Shown here in pieces: positions 27,313 through 35,560 of a DNA stretch of 35,560 bases; the first letter of the stretch is position 1; every line of letters starts with the position of its first letter. Both the position numbers and the translations under genes were made by a program. The DNA is from a virus (Duplodnaviria > Caudoviricetes): positions 1 to 35,560 of the IMG/VR virus record IMGVR_UViG_3300031519_005598. One strand, written 5' to 3'. Below the pieces are notes generated by a model. It was not told where the DNA came from. It did not search any database and saw only the letters and a program-made list of their open reading frames with translations.

Positions 27313-27983
27313 TCTAAACCCACCTTTGAGCATTCCTTGTAATGGTCCCACCATTCTGATGCATAATCACAATCTTTATAATTCTTAAAGTATGGACCAC
27401 CTTCTGTATAATGTATATTACACACATCTGGCTTGTATTTGTACTCATCAGCAAGCCAATTCCATTCCAAGGGCAATTTCCCTATAAGGTCTTCTGTTTC
27501 TAACCATTTAAACTGGTGTAGTTCCAAGCCACTAGCTTTATTTACGTAGTCTGGTGTAAGTGTAGCACACTTTTTACAATTAAGCAACATGAAAGATGAC
27601 CAGTTTTTCTTTGGGTACACTGTTTGCACTTGATTTAAGAATTTTGTAGCATTTTTAGGGGTATAATCATGCTTACACACTTGTACTGCATATTTATCAT
27701 CTCTCAATCTCCATAACTTTGATATGTCCTCAATCATTAGCATGTCGCAATCCATAAACAAAGCCCACCCTTGATAATTCATAAGGTGTGGGATTATAAA
27801 TCTACTGAAAGAAAATTCTGTTGATGACAAACTATTTCTCTCTCTTACAAAATCATCTTTTATATTTTCTAGATATATCGGAGTTATTGCTACAGGCTTA
27901 GTGCTATTTTTTAATATACTATATGAAAGAGTGTTAAAAGCAACTTTTTCTTTACTGTCATATCCTATGAATATATTTATCAT
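27309..27983 (-). CDS. GT-A fold glycosyltransferase (GT8-like)
   Basis: IFIGYD, STEFSFSRF, FMDCDM (DxD), KNWSSFML, WNWL, HYTEGGP. Confidence 0.82.
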   Translation of the reverse strand: MINIFIGYDSKEKVAFNTLSYSILKNSTKPVAITPIYLENIKDDFVRERNSLSSTEFSFSRFIIPHLMNYQGWALFMDCDMLMIEDISKLWRLRDDKYAVQVCKHDYTPKNATKFLNQVQTVYPKKNWSSFMLLNCKKCATLTPDYVNKASGLELHQFKWLETEDLIGKLPLEWNWLADEYKYKPDVCNIHYTEGGPYFKNYKDCDYASEWWDHYKECSKVGLE

Positions 27984-29221
27984 ACGTTGTACCTCTTGAC
28001 TACATAAATTTTTCTACTTGTTTTTTCTGAATCAATTATTTTTTCTACTGTTCCAATTTTTTTCTCAAGTGACTTGACAAAATTTTTAACATTGTAGTTT
28101 TCTTTGTGGATATTTTCATTAAACCTTAAATGTTGAAATGATCTTATGGCACTGTCGTTAGGGTCTACCCATTCTATAATAAGATATTTTTTGATTACTG
28201 GTGATATTGTTTCAAATATATCGTCGAAATTGCCATACCCCGCCGTGCAGGAGAATATCCAATGTATAATAGCAAACATTGATACTACATCATGTTGTTC
28301 TATTTCCTCATAAAAAGAATATTCTTTTGCTTTTATATTAGAAAAATTAAAGTGCTTGTTTATATTTTTAATCAACTTTATACAGTCTTTGTCATGATCT
28401 AATAAAGTAATGTTTTTAAATCCAATAGAATTAGCTATGTAGCCAACTAAACCATTAGAACAACCTATGTCGCATATGCTTTCACACTTAAGATCTTGAA
28501 GTACTTGAGATATATTATTGTATTTATCTATCTTTGACTTGATTGTAATATCATTATTTGACAATTCAAAGCGTTGATATCCGTCTACAGATATGTTATT
28601 ACCTTTTAAGGTAAAAGAAGGTATTTCTTTTTGCGAGCCAGCATTATTTCTTGATTTATTCATATATTTCATAGCAAACCTCTTCTTTATTACTTCTATT
28701 ATTAATTTATCATCAGTAACTCCGCTTGGTTTTGGCTCATTCGATATTTGATCGTTACCACAGTTCATTTTACCATCTATGGTAGCCCATCCAAAGTCTA
28801 CGAGGTACATTTTTTTGTCTTTGACTAATATTTCTATTGTCTTATGATGATCTGCCTTTTTGTAAATATCATTATGTTTAATTTTATATGAATCTAATCT
28901 TTCTAATATATTTTTTAATTGATTTTCCCAATCGTTTGGAATATTATTACGGTTTATCTCTTCTCCACAATGAGTCATTAATATTGCTTTTTCGTTTGAG
29001 TTAGGCATTAATCCACTGGATATTATTCTTGGGACAAAATTCTCATCTTTTAAAAAGTTTAATATGTGTGCTTCTCTCTCCATCGTGTCAAAGCTTTGAT
29101 ATTTACCATTGAAAACTTTAAGCACATATTTTTTTTGATCATCGGTAAAGCACGTAGATGTTGTAGAGTGAGCTTTAATGGGTATGTTTACGTCTTTTAT
29201 TTTTTCAAAATCTATTTTCAT
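27980..29221 (-). CDS. Bifunctional kinase (N-terminal) plus SAM methyltransferase (C-terminal)
   Basis: Kinase: YVLK, ERE, HND, YLVDFGWA. Methyltransferase: ICDIGCSNG, LDHD, DVVSMFAIIHWI. Confidence 0.78.
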   Translation of the reverse strand: MKIDFEKIKDVNIPIKAHSTTSTCFTDDQKKYVLKVFNGKYQSFDTMEREAHILNFLKDENFVPRIISSGLMPNSNEKAILMTHCGEEINRNNIPNDWENQLKNILERLDSYKIKHNDIYKKADHHKTIEILVKDKKMYLVDFGWATIDGKMNCGNDQISNEPKPSGVTDDKLIIEVIKKRFAMKYMNKSRNNAGSQKEIPSFTLKGNNISVDGYQRFELSNNDITIKSKIDKYNNISQVLQDLKCESICDIGCSNGLVGYIANSIGFKNITLLDHDKDCIKLIKNINKHFNFSNIKAKEYSFYEEIEQHDVVSMFAIIHWIFSCTAGYGNFDDIFETISPVIKKYLIIEWVDPNDSAIRSFQHLRFNENIHKENYNVKNFVKSLEKKIGTVEKIIDSEKTSRKIYVVKRYNV

Positions 29222-30117
29222 ATGATGCTCAGTAATTTATTTGCTAAAATTTTATTTGTAAATTTATCTTTTATAAACGTTTGCCCTGATTGTATTTTAG
29301 AGATTGTTTCAATGGGGTTTTGTATACAATTTTGAATGCTACCTACAAAGTCGTTATTTACGTAAGCATAATCAGAAAAGTTGAGATAACTATCTTGCGG
29401 TGAACATAAAACCATTGTACCACAAGCTAAACCATCAACAAGCTTGTTATGACTCTTGACTTTTACGGCAGGTTTTTGATGGTCAACTGGTAATATTACA
29501 AAATCAGATTGAATAACTTCTTTTTCCTGAGAATCTACAGACCAAGGCACGAACTTATGCTTTATTTTATCACAACCTTTAGGCATTTTACAAGTATTTG
29601 TAACGAATGTTATTTCAACATTATCAAAACTTTTAGATATAGGGTCAAACACCATTTTATTCCAATCAGCATGTGAAAGATTGAAATGATTGCCGTACCA
29701 GACCAGTTTTATGCGATCCTTGTGCATAAGGAAAGACGGTTTGGTGAAATTGTAATATACAGGATCTTCTATTATATAAATCTCTTTATTTTTATTTTCT
29801 GAAAGTATAATGCTTTTCATAGCTTCAGTAGTGCATATAACTTTATCGCATATGTCTAACATATCTAAAGCAACTTTTCTCCTACCATCAGCGAAGTAGT
29901 TATCGCACACATCCCAAAATAAACATGAGCATTTAGACTTTATGGCTCTCATGATAGAGGGTGGCTGAGTTTTGGGGACTATAACAATGTCTTTATTAGT
30001 TATTCTATTTATATCTGTAGTGTGATGAGCATCTGGTAAGCAATCAATAATTTTTAATATACGAATTCTAACTGAAGCAAGATTTTTATTTCCACTTGAA
30101 TAAAATACTATACTCAC
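29218..30117 (-). CDS. Putative glycosyltransferase (GT-B-like)
   Basis: ASVRIR, WDVCDNYF, LVWYGN, SDFVILP..KSHNKLVDGLACG. Confidence 0.7.
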   Translation of the reverse strand: MSIVFYSSGNKNLASVRIRILKIIDCLPDAHHTTDINRITNKDIVIVPKTQPPSIMRAIKSKCSCLFWDVCDNYFADGRRKVALDMLDICDKVICTTEAMKSIILSENKNKEIYIIEDPVYYNFTKPSFLMHKDRIKLVWYGNHFNLSHADWNKMVFDPISKSFDNVEITFVTNTCKMPKGCDKIKHKFVPWSVDSQEKEVIQSDFVILPVDHQKPAVKVKSHNKLVDGLACGTMVLCSPQDSYLNFSDYAYVNNDFVGSIQNCIQNPIETISKIQSGQTFIKDKFTNKILANKLLSII

Positions 30118-30818
30118 TTTGTATCCTTGTAAACTGTAGATCTTCTTATTTTTGATATACTGTCTGATAACACACTTGGAAAATTATAATAATACAAAGC
30201 TATTGATTTCCTGTATACATTGGAAGGGCAGGGCATAGGATCTGGATGACCGTGATATGAATGATCATCTGTTTCAAACATAACACAACATCCACCTCTT
30301 GGGGGTATTGAATGAGTTTTGGTTTTCATATCTTTAGACCACAGTTGTAAGTCTCCACCCCAATCATCTTTCCAATCGTAATTTAAATACAATAAAAGGT
30401 TTATTCTTCTATGTAAGCTAGAGATGGGATGATAATTAAAATCTGCATGTATATTTAAAAAGCCGCCCTTTCCTATGCAATGCAATCCTCCACCCTCCAA
30501 GTAAGGGTCGGAAACTAATCCGTTGATTTCAAATTTGCTAGATATCTCTTGACAAACTGAACCACTGTTTAATTCAAAAATTATTTCTTGAAAATCTTTT
30601 GGCAAAAATTTATCTTTGTCTAATCTATTAGAAGATAATTTATAAAATGTTGTGTTGCATTTTTTGTTTCTGTTCCAATACTCGTTAGATTCTTTAGGGA
30701 AATTATTCTCAAGAGATCTTCCCAATTCTTCTGGTATAAAATCATTAATGATAATATGTTTAAATGGTTCTGTATCAAGTTTACTAGATCGTATTTTATC
30801 TATAAAATTTTCTATCAT
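30114..30818 (-). CDS. 2OG-Fe(II) oxygenase (prolyl-4-hydroxylase-like)
   Basis: PFKHIII.DF, GGGLH, HADFN, LLYLN..W...WGGDL, SYHG, RKSIA. Confidence 0.88.
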   Translation of the reverse strand: MIENFIDKIRSSKLDTEPFKHIIINDFIPEELGRSLENNFPKESNEYWNRNKKCNTTFYKLSSNRLDKDKFLPKDFQEIIFELNSGSVCQEISSKFEINGLVSDPYLEGGGLHCIGKGGFLNIHADFNYHPISSLHRRINLLLYLNYDWKDDWGGDLQLWSKDMKTKTHSIPPRGGCCVMFETDDHSYHGHPDPMPCPSNVYRKSIALYYYNFPSVLSDSISKIRRSTVYKDTK

Positions 30819-31583
30819 TTAACTATCCATTTCTAGTATTTTAATTATTTTTTCTTTCACCCAAGGGCTGGCTTTACATATCACTGATATTAAAGACTTG
30901 TTGCTATTCATAGCATTTTTGACAAATCTTCTATATATATCATAAATAAAAGGAGTTTCTTGTAGTAAATTCCTGTGTCGCATAAATACATTGCAGTAAA
31001 AATCATCTTCAACCATTTGTGTACATAAGACATCACCCCAAATAGCTGGTCTTGAGTTTCTTATAATTTTCTTAGGATCGAAATCACTTCTTTTATCTAA
31101 TTTATTATTAACAGCATATCTTTCAGTTGCAGATATTCGTTCATACCTGACAAAACAGTTAGCCAACATTGCATTCCTGCTCTCTACAGGGCTTCCATGA
31201 TCTATATAAGTATCTAGGATTGCAACTATCCACCTATCTGTCATGCGATTGTTAAAATATTCTATGTCTTTTTCATAAATAGTTTTGAATGCTAGCCAAT
31301 CGGTTTGTTTGTGTTTGTCAATGCCGCTTGCATATGTTATCTTGCCGATGGGCATACATCTTCTTAGCCTAGTCAATAAAATTTTTAGTGCAACAAAATC
31401 GCATTTTACCTCAGATAATAATTGTTCTGTTGTGTGGTCAAACATCCGCTTTGTATATTCCATGCTCCTTGGTGTAAGCTCTGCTGCGCCTACAACATCC
31501 CTTGAAGGATTGTAGCCAACAAAAGCACTGAAGCATACACCACCATTAGCATGATTATCATCTGAGCAATATTTTTTACCCAT
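30819..31583 (-). CDS. Hypothetical protein within the glycan operon
   Basis: 254-aa ORF coupled on both sides; motif RWIVAILDTYIDHG. Confidence 0.7.
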   Translation of the reverse strand: MGKKYCSDDNHANGGVCFSAFVGYNPSRDVVGAAELTPRSMEYTKRMFDHTTEQLLSEVKCDFVALKILLTRLRRCMPIGKITYASGIDKHKQTDWLAFKTIYEKDIEYFNNRMTDRWIVAILDTYIDHGSPVESRNAMLANCFVRYERISATERYAVNNKLDKRSDFDPKKIIRNSRPAIWGDVLCTQMVEDDFYCNVFMRHRNLLQETPFIYDIYRRFVKNAMNSNKSLISVICKASPWVKEKIIKILEMDS

Positions 31584-32172
31584 CTTTAAATATCTCTAAC
31601 ATTAAGTCGTCATATCTGTCTTTAACATGTCTAAGGTCTATTACCTTGTGATCGTAACCTTCTGGTATAACTTTAACAATATCATCTATCCAAGATTCCT
31701 TTTGTATGTCTTCTATAACACAGATACCACCGTCTGTTAAATACTTTGGATAATTTTTAGCAAAGTAAAGCATGGACTTTAATGTATGTGGCCCGTCATC
31801 TATTATGATATCAAATTTTTTGTTAGATAAATAGGACATAGCTTCTTTACTGTAAGCATTTAATTTCTTTACAATTATTCTATCTGAGTTATCTTTTAGT
31901 ACTGGTTTGCTAGATTTTACATTCACATCCATGCCATGTATTGTAGCATTTGGAAAATAATCTCTCCATAATAACAAACTGCCACCAGCCCATATACCGA
32001 TTTCTAATAAGCTTTTGCATTCAAAATTTTCAAACCGTGGACTGTAATATTCAGATATATAACAATGCCAAGATTCTTTGTCTGTAGGATATTTAATATT
32101 ATCACCCCACTGAGAATCCTTATGTTTATCGTCTAAACTTTTGAATTGGTTGTATAAATCTATTAAACTCAT
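31576..32172 (-). CDS. Class I SAM-dependent methyltransferase (sugar O-methyltransferase-like)
   Basis: TDK..H.Y, LLEIGIWAGGS..WRDYF, FDIIIDDGPH, GG..VIEDI. Confidence 0.85.
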   Translation of the reverse strand: MSLIDLYNQFKSLDDKHKDSQWGDNIKYPTDKESWHCYISEYYSPRFENFECKSLLEIGIWAGGSLLLWRDYFPNATIHGMDVNVKSSKPVLKDNSDRIIVKKLNAYSKEAMSYLSNKKFDIIIDDGPHTLKSMLYFAKNYPKYLTDGGICVIEDIQKESWIDDIVKVIPEGYDHKVIDLRHVKDRYDDLMLEIFKDG

Positions 32173-32870
32173 TTTTTATCCTTTATGTAGTCATCTTTTT
32201 GTTTTTTGTATATGATTTTATCATTACTTATTATTTTGTTAAATTTTGGTCCAATGGTTTTTAAACTAGCTGATTCGATATGGCCTATCTTTACACTTGT
32301 AATATTTTTAGTCAAGTATCCTAAATTCCTTATTCTGCTATATATCAAATCATCACCATACCACAGCTTCATATCTTGAGGCAAATTTTTCCACTCTCTT
32401 TTTTTTATACAGAAAAACCAACCACTTTTATTATTCTCTATGTTTCCGAATTTATCGTTAGTTTTTATAGGAAAATCAAAGTCGTCTATGTATTTTAGGT
32501 AATCTAGGGTAGATTTACAAGTTTTAGTATCAACTGAGCAAATCCCTACATTAAATTGTTTCATGACCTTGCTTACTTGGTTGTAGACATCTTCGTGGCA
32601 AAATATATCATCGTTCATTATCAAAACATCATCGCTTTGACACAATGATACACCAATATTCCAAGCAGGATTTACATATATATTATCCTCCATAGTCCTG
32701 ACGACTATCTTATTTGTATCAAAACTCAACTGTTTGCTGAATTCACTTTCTCCGCTATTATCTATTATTACTATTCTGTTGACATATTTACTTTGTATAG
32801 CTTGATGCAGAGAGTACCTCATTGGGTCTAAATTGCATCGCATCATTGTTGGTATTACAATATCTATCAC
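32169..32870 (-). CDS. Glycosyltransferase family 2-like
   Basis: IVIPTM, IIDN, NIYVNPAWNIG, IMNDD, WYGDD. Confidence 0.82.
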   Translation of the reverse strand: MIDIVIPTMMRCNLDPMRYSLHQAIQSKYVNRIVIIDNSGESEFSKQLSFDTNKIVVRTMEDNIYVNPAWNIGVSLCQSDDVLIMNDDIFCHEDVYNQVSKVMKQFNVGICSVDTKTCKSTLDYLKYIDDFDFPIKTNDKFGNIENNKSGWFFCIKKREWKNLPQDMKLWYGDDLIYSRIRNLGYLTKNITSVKIGHIESASLKTIGPKFNKIISNDKIIYKKQKDDYIKDKK

Positions 32871-33589
32871 TCTTCTATTTCCACATATTTTTCTAGTTTA
32901 GCAAACTCTTTGCTATTTTGTTTTAATCCCGTCATTCTGTCTTCATGAGACATACAGGGTATATTTGTTGTATTTTTATGAGATATTAGATCGTTTGAGT
33001 TTATTATGTCGTAAAATTTACCACCACAGTAACGTTGGTATCTCATAGAGAAATTGCTATGCTCATGACCATACGGTTCACTCATACATTTAAAATATCC
33101 TATTTTATCTACAAGCTTTTTTGTAAGCATGAGGAAGCATCCGTTTACGATTGGGGTTTGTCGTATTTTGTAGTTATTTACTTCTACTATCTTTGATTTT
33201 TTTTGAGCCGCATTACTTAGCGCATATGACATGTGTTGTATATTAGTAGCCTTATATGCTTCTTCGTAATAATCGCACCAATCACTATTAATAAATAATA
33301 CGTCGTCATCTGATAAAAATATTAATTCAGAACCATATTCTATACATTTTCTTATTCCAGTATTCTTATTCTTAGCGATACCACCTCTTTTACTTTTCTG
33401 CACTATGTCTGGATTGTACTGAGAAGCATAGTTTAAATGTTTATCTGTAATAGAGCAATCGTCTACAATGATTACTGTGCCGTTATAGTTCGTCTCATAC
33501 AGACTATCAATGCATTGTTTGAATATATCTATTCTATTACTTGTATTATCTTTGGATATATAGGTAGAAAAAGCTATGGATTTATTCAT
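32867..33589 (-). CDS. Glycosyltransferase family 2
   Basis: IIVDDCS, GIAKNKNTG, FLSDDD, YGHEH. Confidence 0.85.
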   Translation of the reverse strand: MNKSIAFSTYISKDNTSNRIDIFKQCIDSLYETNYNGTVIIVDDCSITDKHLNYASQYNPDIVQKSKRGGIAKNKNTGIRKCIEYGSELIFLSDDDVLFINSDWCDYYEEAYKATNIQHMSYALSNAAQKKSKIVEVNNYKIRQTPIVNGCFLMLTKKLVDKIGYFKCMSEPYGHEHSNFSMRYQRYCGGKFYDIINSNDLISHKNTTNIPCMSHEDRMTGLKQNSKEFAKLEKYVEIEE

Positions 33590-33887
33590 TTTTCTTATTT
33601 AATTGTGGGTTTTCTACCCTTTTCTCTATTGATTATTCTGGGTTTTGTGGTACGTTTACCCATTATATGATATACGTAAAGGGAGTTTATTACAACAATA
33701 GACCTACACTACACACTATAGATATAGGTACATATACGTAATACCCAATACCCCACTAATATGAGAGTAATGGGAGATATGGGTTTTCTTATTTTCATGA
33801 TTCAAGGTGGGCAGGGGACACAATACAATATATATTAATATAGTTACATTATTAGATAGATACGTGTGTAGGTATATGGGTATGTAT

Positions 33888-34193
33888 CTATGCTATGTAC
33901 TCTAGTCCATATTCAATAGTGGCTAGATACTCTTCTACCTGCGTAGGGGTCATCTCAACACCTAGACACGCCATCATATTTCTATATATAAGCTTATCAG
34001 TCTTACTCATTATTGTAAGTTCTGCTAGATCTCTCATATGTAGATCATCTTTAGAAGCTTCGTGGATAATATCTAATAGCTGCATGTATAAATCTTCATC
34101 ATTACCTGAAGTAAATTTCCTATCAAACTTCAGGGACATATACTCATAGAACGACTTCTTGGTTGGCCTACTTCTAGCCATGATAACCTCCAA
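33888..34193 (-). CDS. Hypothetical protein
   Basis: GGAGG SD; probable ATG start at 34181. Confidence 0.6.
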   Translation of the reverse strand: MEVIMARSRPTKKSFYEYMSLKFDRKFTSGNDEDLYMQLLDIIHEASKDDLHMRDLAELTIMSKTDKLIYRNMMACLGVEMTPTQVEEYLATIEYGLEYIA

Positions 34194-34234
34194 TCAATTT
34201 GGGCCTCATTATATATAATAGTGGGCCTAAATCA

Positions 34235-34663
34235 TTAAGTTTGGGCTGATTTGACAAGTATTTTATAAGGTGAATTATATAGCATTGTAGATACCTTAGA
34301 TTGACCACTAGTCATATCAAAGAATGTATATCCTTTTTTACCATATGCTCCAAATCCCTTATCAAGTACATTAACAATCTTATATACACCTTTATCAGTA
34401 GTGTAGTCTTTAGTACCATCTCCGTTAAGCCAGTAAGAGCCTGACCTTCCGTTATAATGGACTTCTTGCCCCGGTTTTAGCTCTCGCCAATCAGAAACCT
34501 CCACAAGCCCCTTGCGCTTCGCCTTGTTGTGAATACGTTTCATTCGTATCGCTGGGTCTGTGCGCACCTCAAAGGGCGCATCACAGTGCTTACACACCTT
34601 GGCGCGCGCCCCACACGTTTCACCGCATTCCTTACATAACTTCTGTCCACGTTTAATCTTCAT
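34235..34663 (-). CDS. Hypothetical protein with N-terminal zinc ribbon
   Basis: CKECGETCGARAKVCKHC; AAGGAG SD. Confidence 0.72.
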   Translation of the reverse strand: MKIKRGQKLCKECGETCGARAKVCKHCDAPFEVRTDPAIRMKRIHNKAKRKGLVEVSDWRELKPGQEVHYNGRSGSYWLNGDGTKDYTTDKGVYKIVNVLDKGFGAYGKKGYTFFDMTSGQSKVSTMLYNSPYKILVKSAQT

Positions 34664-34714
34664 AATGTCTCCTTTTAGCTGGCTACCACTATTCCCACGA
34701 TCTTATTAGATACA

Positions 34715-34948
34715 CTAAGACAAGATAGTAACCTTATCATTTTCTAATTTACAAAAATATGAATTACTAATATATGTCTTCTCTACAGTAAGGTCTGGTA
34801 CATCTTCCCTTACGTATATATTTACTCTATATCTATCATCATACACATTTAATGCTTTACACATATGAAAATCATCAGGCTTCCCTACTTGTTCTAATAC
34901 TTCTTTACATACATATGGATTTTCTTTACTAATTTTATCATTTTCCAT
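34715..34948 (-). CDS. Hypothetical protein
   Basis: CAGGAG SD; NVYDDRYRVNIY..SYF motif. Confidence 0.7.
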   Translation of the reverse strand: MENDKISKENPYVCKEVLEQVGKPDDFHMCKALNVYDDRYRVNIYVREDVPDLTVEKTYISNSYFCKLENDKVTILS

Positions 34949-35020
34949 TTTTAAAATCTCCTGTTTTTAGCTGGCTGTCACTATTGGCACGATCTTTGTA
35001 GATCGGCTAGAACAAACTCT

Positions 35021-35061
35021 ATTCTACTATCATTATCGTCATTGGTCAAGGGGAAACTTGA
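35021..35061 (-). promoter_or_regulatory. Composite promoter: TTGACC-N17-TAGAAT plus TCAAGT-N15-GACGATA
   Basis: Read directly. Confidence 0.7.
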
Positions 35062-35235
35062 GGCGTTTTTGGCTGGCTCTTAAAGCGCTGGCGATCTTTA
35101 GGTATTGAGTAGTACATCCTCTACTTCCTCTATTCTATCTATACTACCACTATACTACCATAACGTCAACTCATATAAACAAATGCTCAATTAATAATAA
35201 TAATATTATATAAATACACCCCCGCCCCGAAACGT

Positions 35236-35262
35236 GTAAGTCGTTTATGGGTAAGGACTTAC
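35236..35262. other. Inverted repeat GTAAGTCGTT-N7-AAGGACTTAC
   Basis: 10-bp arms with one mismatch and a 7-bp spacer, intergenic. Confidence 0.6.
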
Positions 35263-35341
35263 GTGCGATGGTGAAAAGGGAGCAGCAGGGCAGGCGAATA
35301 ATAATATAATCAATGCCTACCCCGCCGCTACGCCTCTCCCA

Positions 35342-35560
35342 CTAAGCTGTTAGAGCAAAGGTCTTGTCGAAGTCCTTGTCTGTCATGTTCTGGGCTTTGG
35401 CTTGCAGATTGTGCCACTTGGTAGCGTTCATCTGCATTAGCTTCCCGCCGATGGTATCGACGTTCACCCATTGTTGAGCATTGAAAGTCCCGTCTGGAAG
35501 TTTTACTTGTCCAGCACGAGTCAGGGAATTGATAACCCCAAACAAATTGTGATGCTCAAA
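35342..35560 (-). CDS. Hypothetical protein, 5' end beyond the window
   Basis: Frame stays open to 35560 (FEHHNLFGVINSLTRAGQ...). Confidence 0.65.
   Translation of the reverse strand, partial: FEHHNLFGVINSLTRAGQVKLPDGTFNAQQWVNVDTIGGKLMQMNATKWHNLQAKAQNMTDKDFDKTFALTA

Larger units (their letters stand above)
34673..35098 (-). repeat. Three dispersed copies of AAGATCG-N13-AGCCAGCYAAAA (34673-34711, 34965-35003, 35067-35098)
   Basis: Copies 1 and 2 match at 33/39 nt; copy 3 keeps both arms at the same spacing. Confidence 0.8.

Noticed and set aside
30114-30818. TET/JBP-type DNA base oxidase
   Set aside because: Motifs (LLYLN..W...WGGDL) fit the prolyl-hydroxylase-like clade better; a DNA role is not excluded but is unsupported.
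1705-34149. All plus-strand ORFs in the track
   Set aside because: Short, no recognisable motifs, and antisense to well-supported minus-strand genes; treated as shadow ORFs.
34673-35098. CRISPR array
   Set aside because: Only three degenerate copies, irregularly spaced (about 290 and 100 nt), one interval containing a gene; no cas genes.
1-35560. Stop-codon reassignment
   Set aside because: Genes are full length under the standard bacterial code, TAA, TAG and TGA all end genes, and there is no suppressor tRNA.

Overview
AT-rich (about one-third GC by eye) segment of a large tailed dsDNA bacteriophage genome, with essentially all real genes on the minus strand. Reading in the direction of transcription (right to left): a regulatory and repeat-rich zone with small ORFs (33.9-35.56 kb); a tightly coupled 9-gene glycan biosynthesis/decoration operon (2x GT2, SAM methyltransferase, unknown, 2OG-Fe(II) oxygenase, GT-B-like, kinase-methyltransferase fusion, GT8-like, cupin); small hypothetical genes; tRNA-Glu(UUC), tRNA-Leu(UAA), tRNA-Arg(UCU) and a tmRNA; exported thioredoxin-like and trypsin-like proteins; two HNH-type proteins; GT8, sulfotransferase and dTDP-glucose 4,6-dehydratase; thyX; rIIA/rIIB; GMP reductase; dCMP deaminase; SSB; a membrane protein with a RuvA-C-like domain; a nucleoside 2-deoxyribosyltransferase-like protein; GT4; a small sigma factor; a probable virion protein; a candidate lysis cassette (TM-PAS protein, holin-like protein, papain-family peptidase); and a >1075-aa Mtd_N/RCC1/FN3/LamG tail-fibre-like gene that runs off the left edge and is absent from the ORF track. 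The most notable leads are the PAS-domain membrane protein in the lysis-like cassette, five composite promoters in which a sigma28-like motif overlaps a sigma70 motif, and the glycosylation operon with a reversed WbdD-like enzyme. All family calls come from manual motif recognition; no searches were run.
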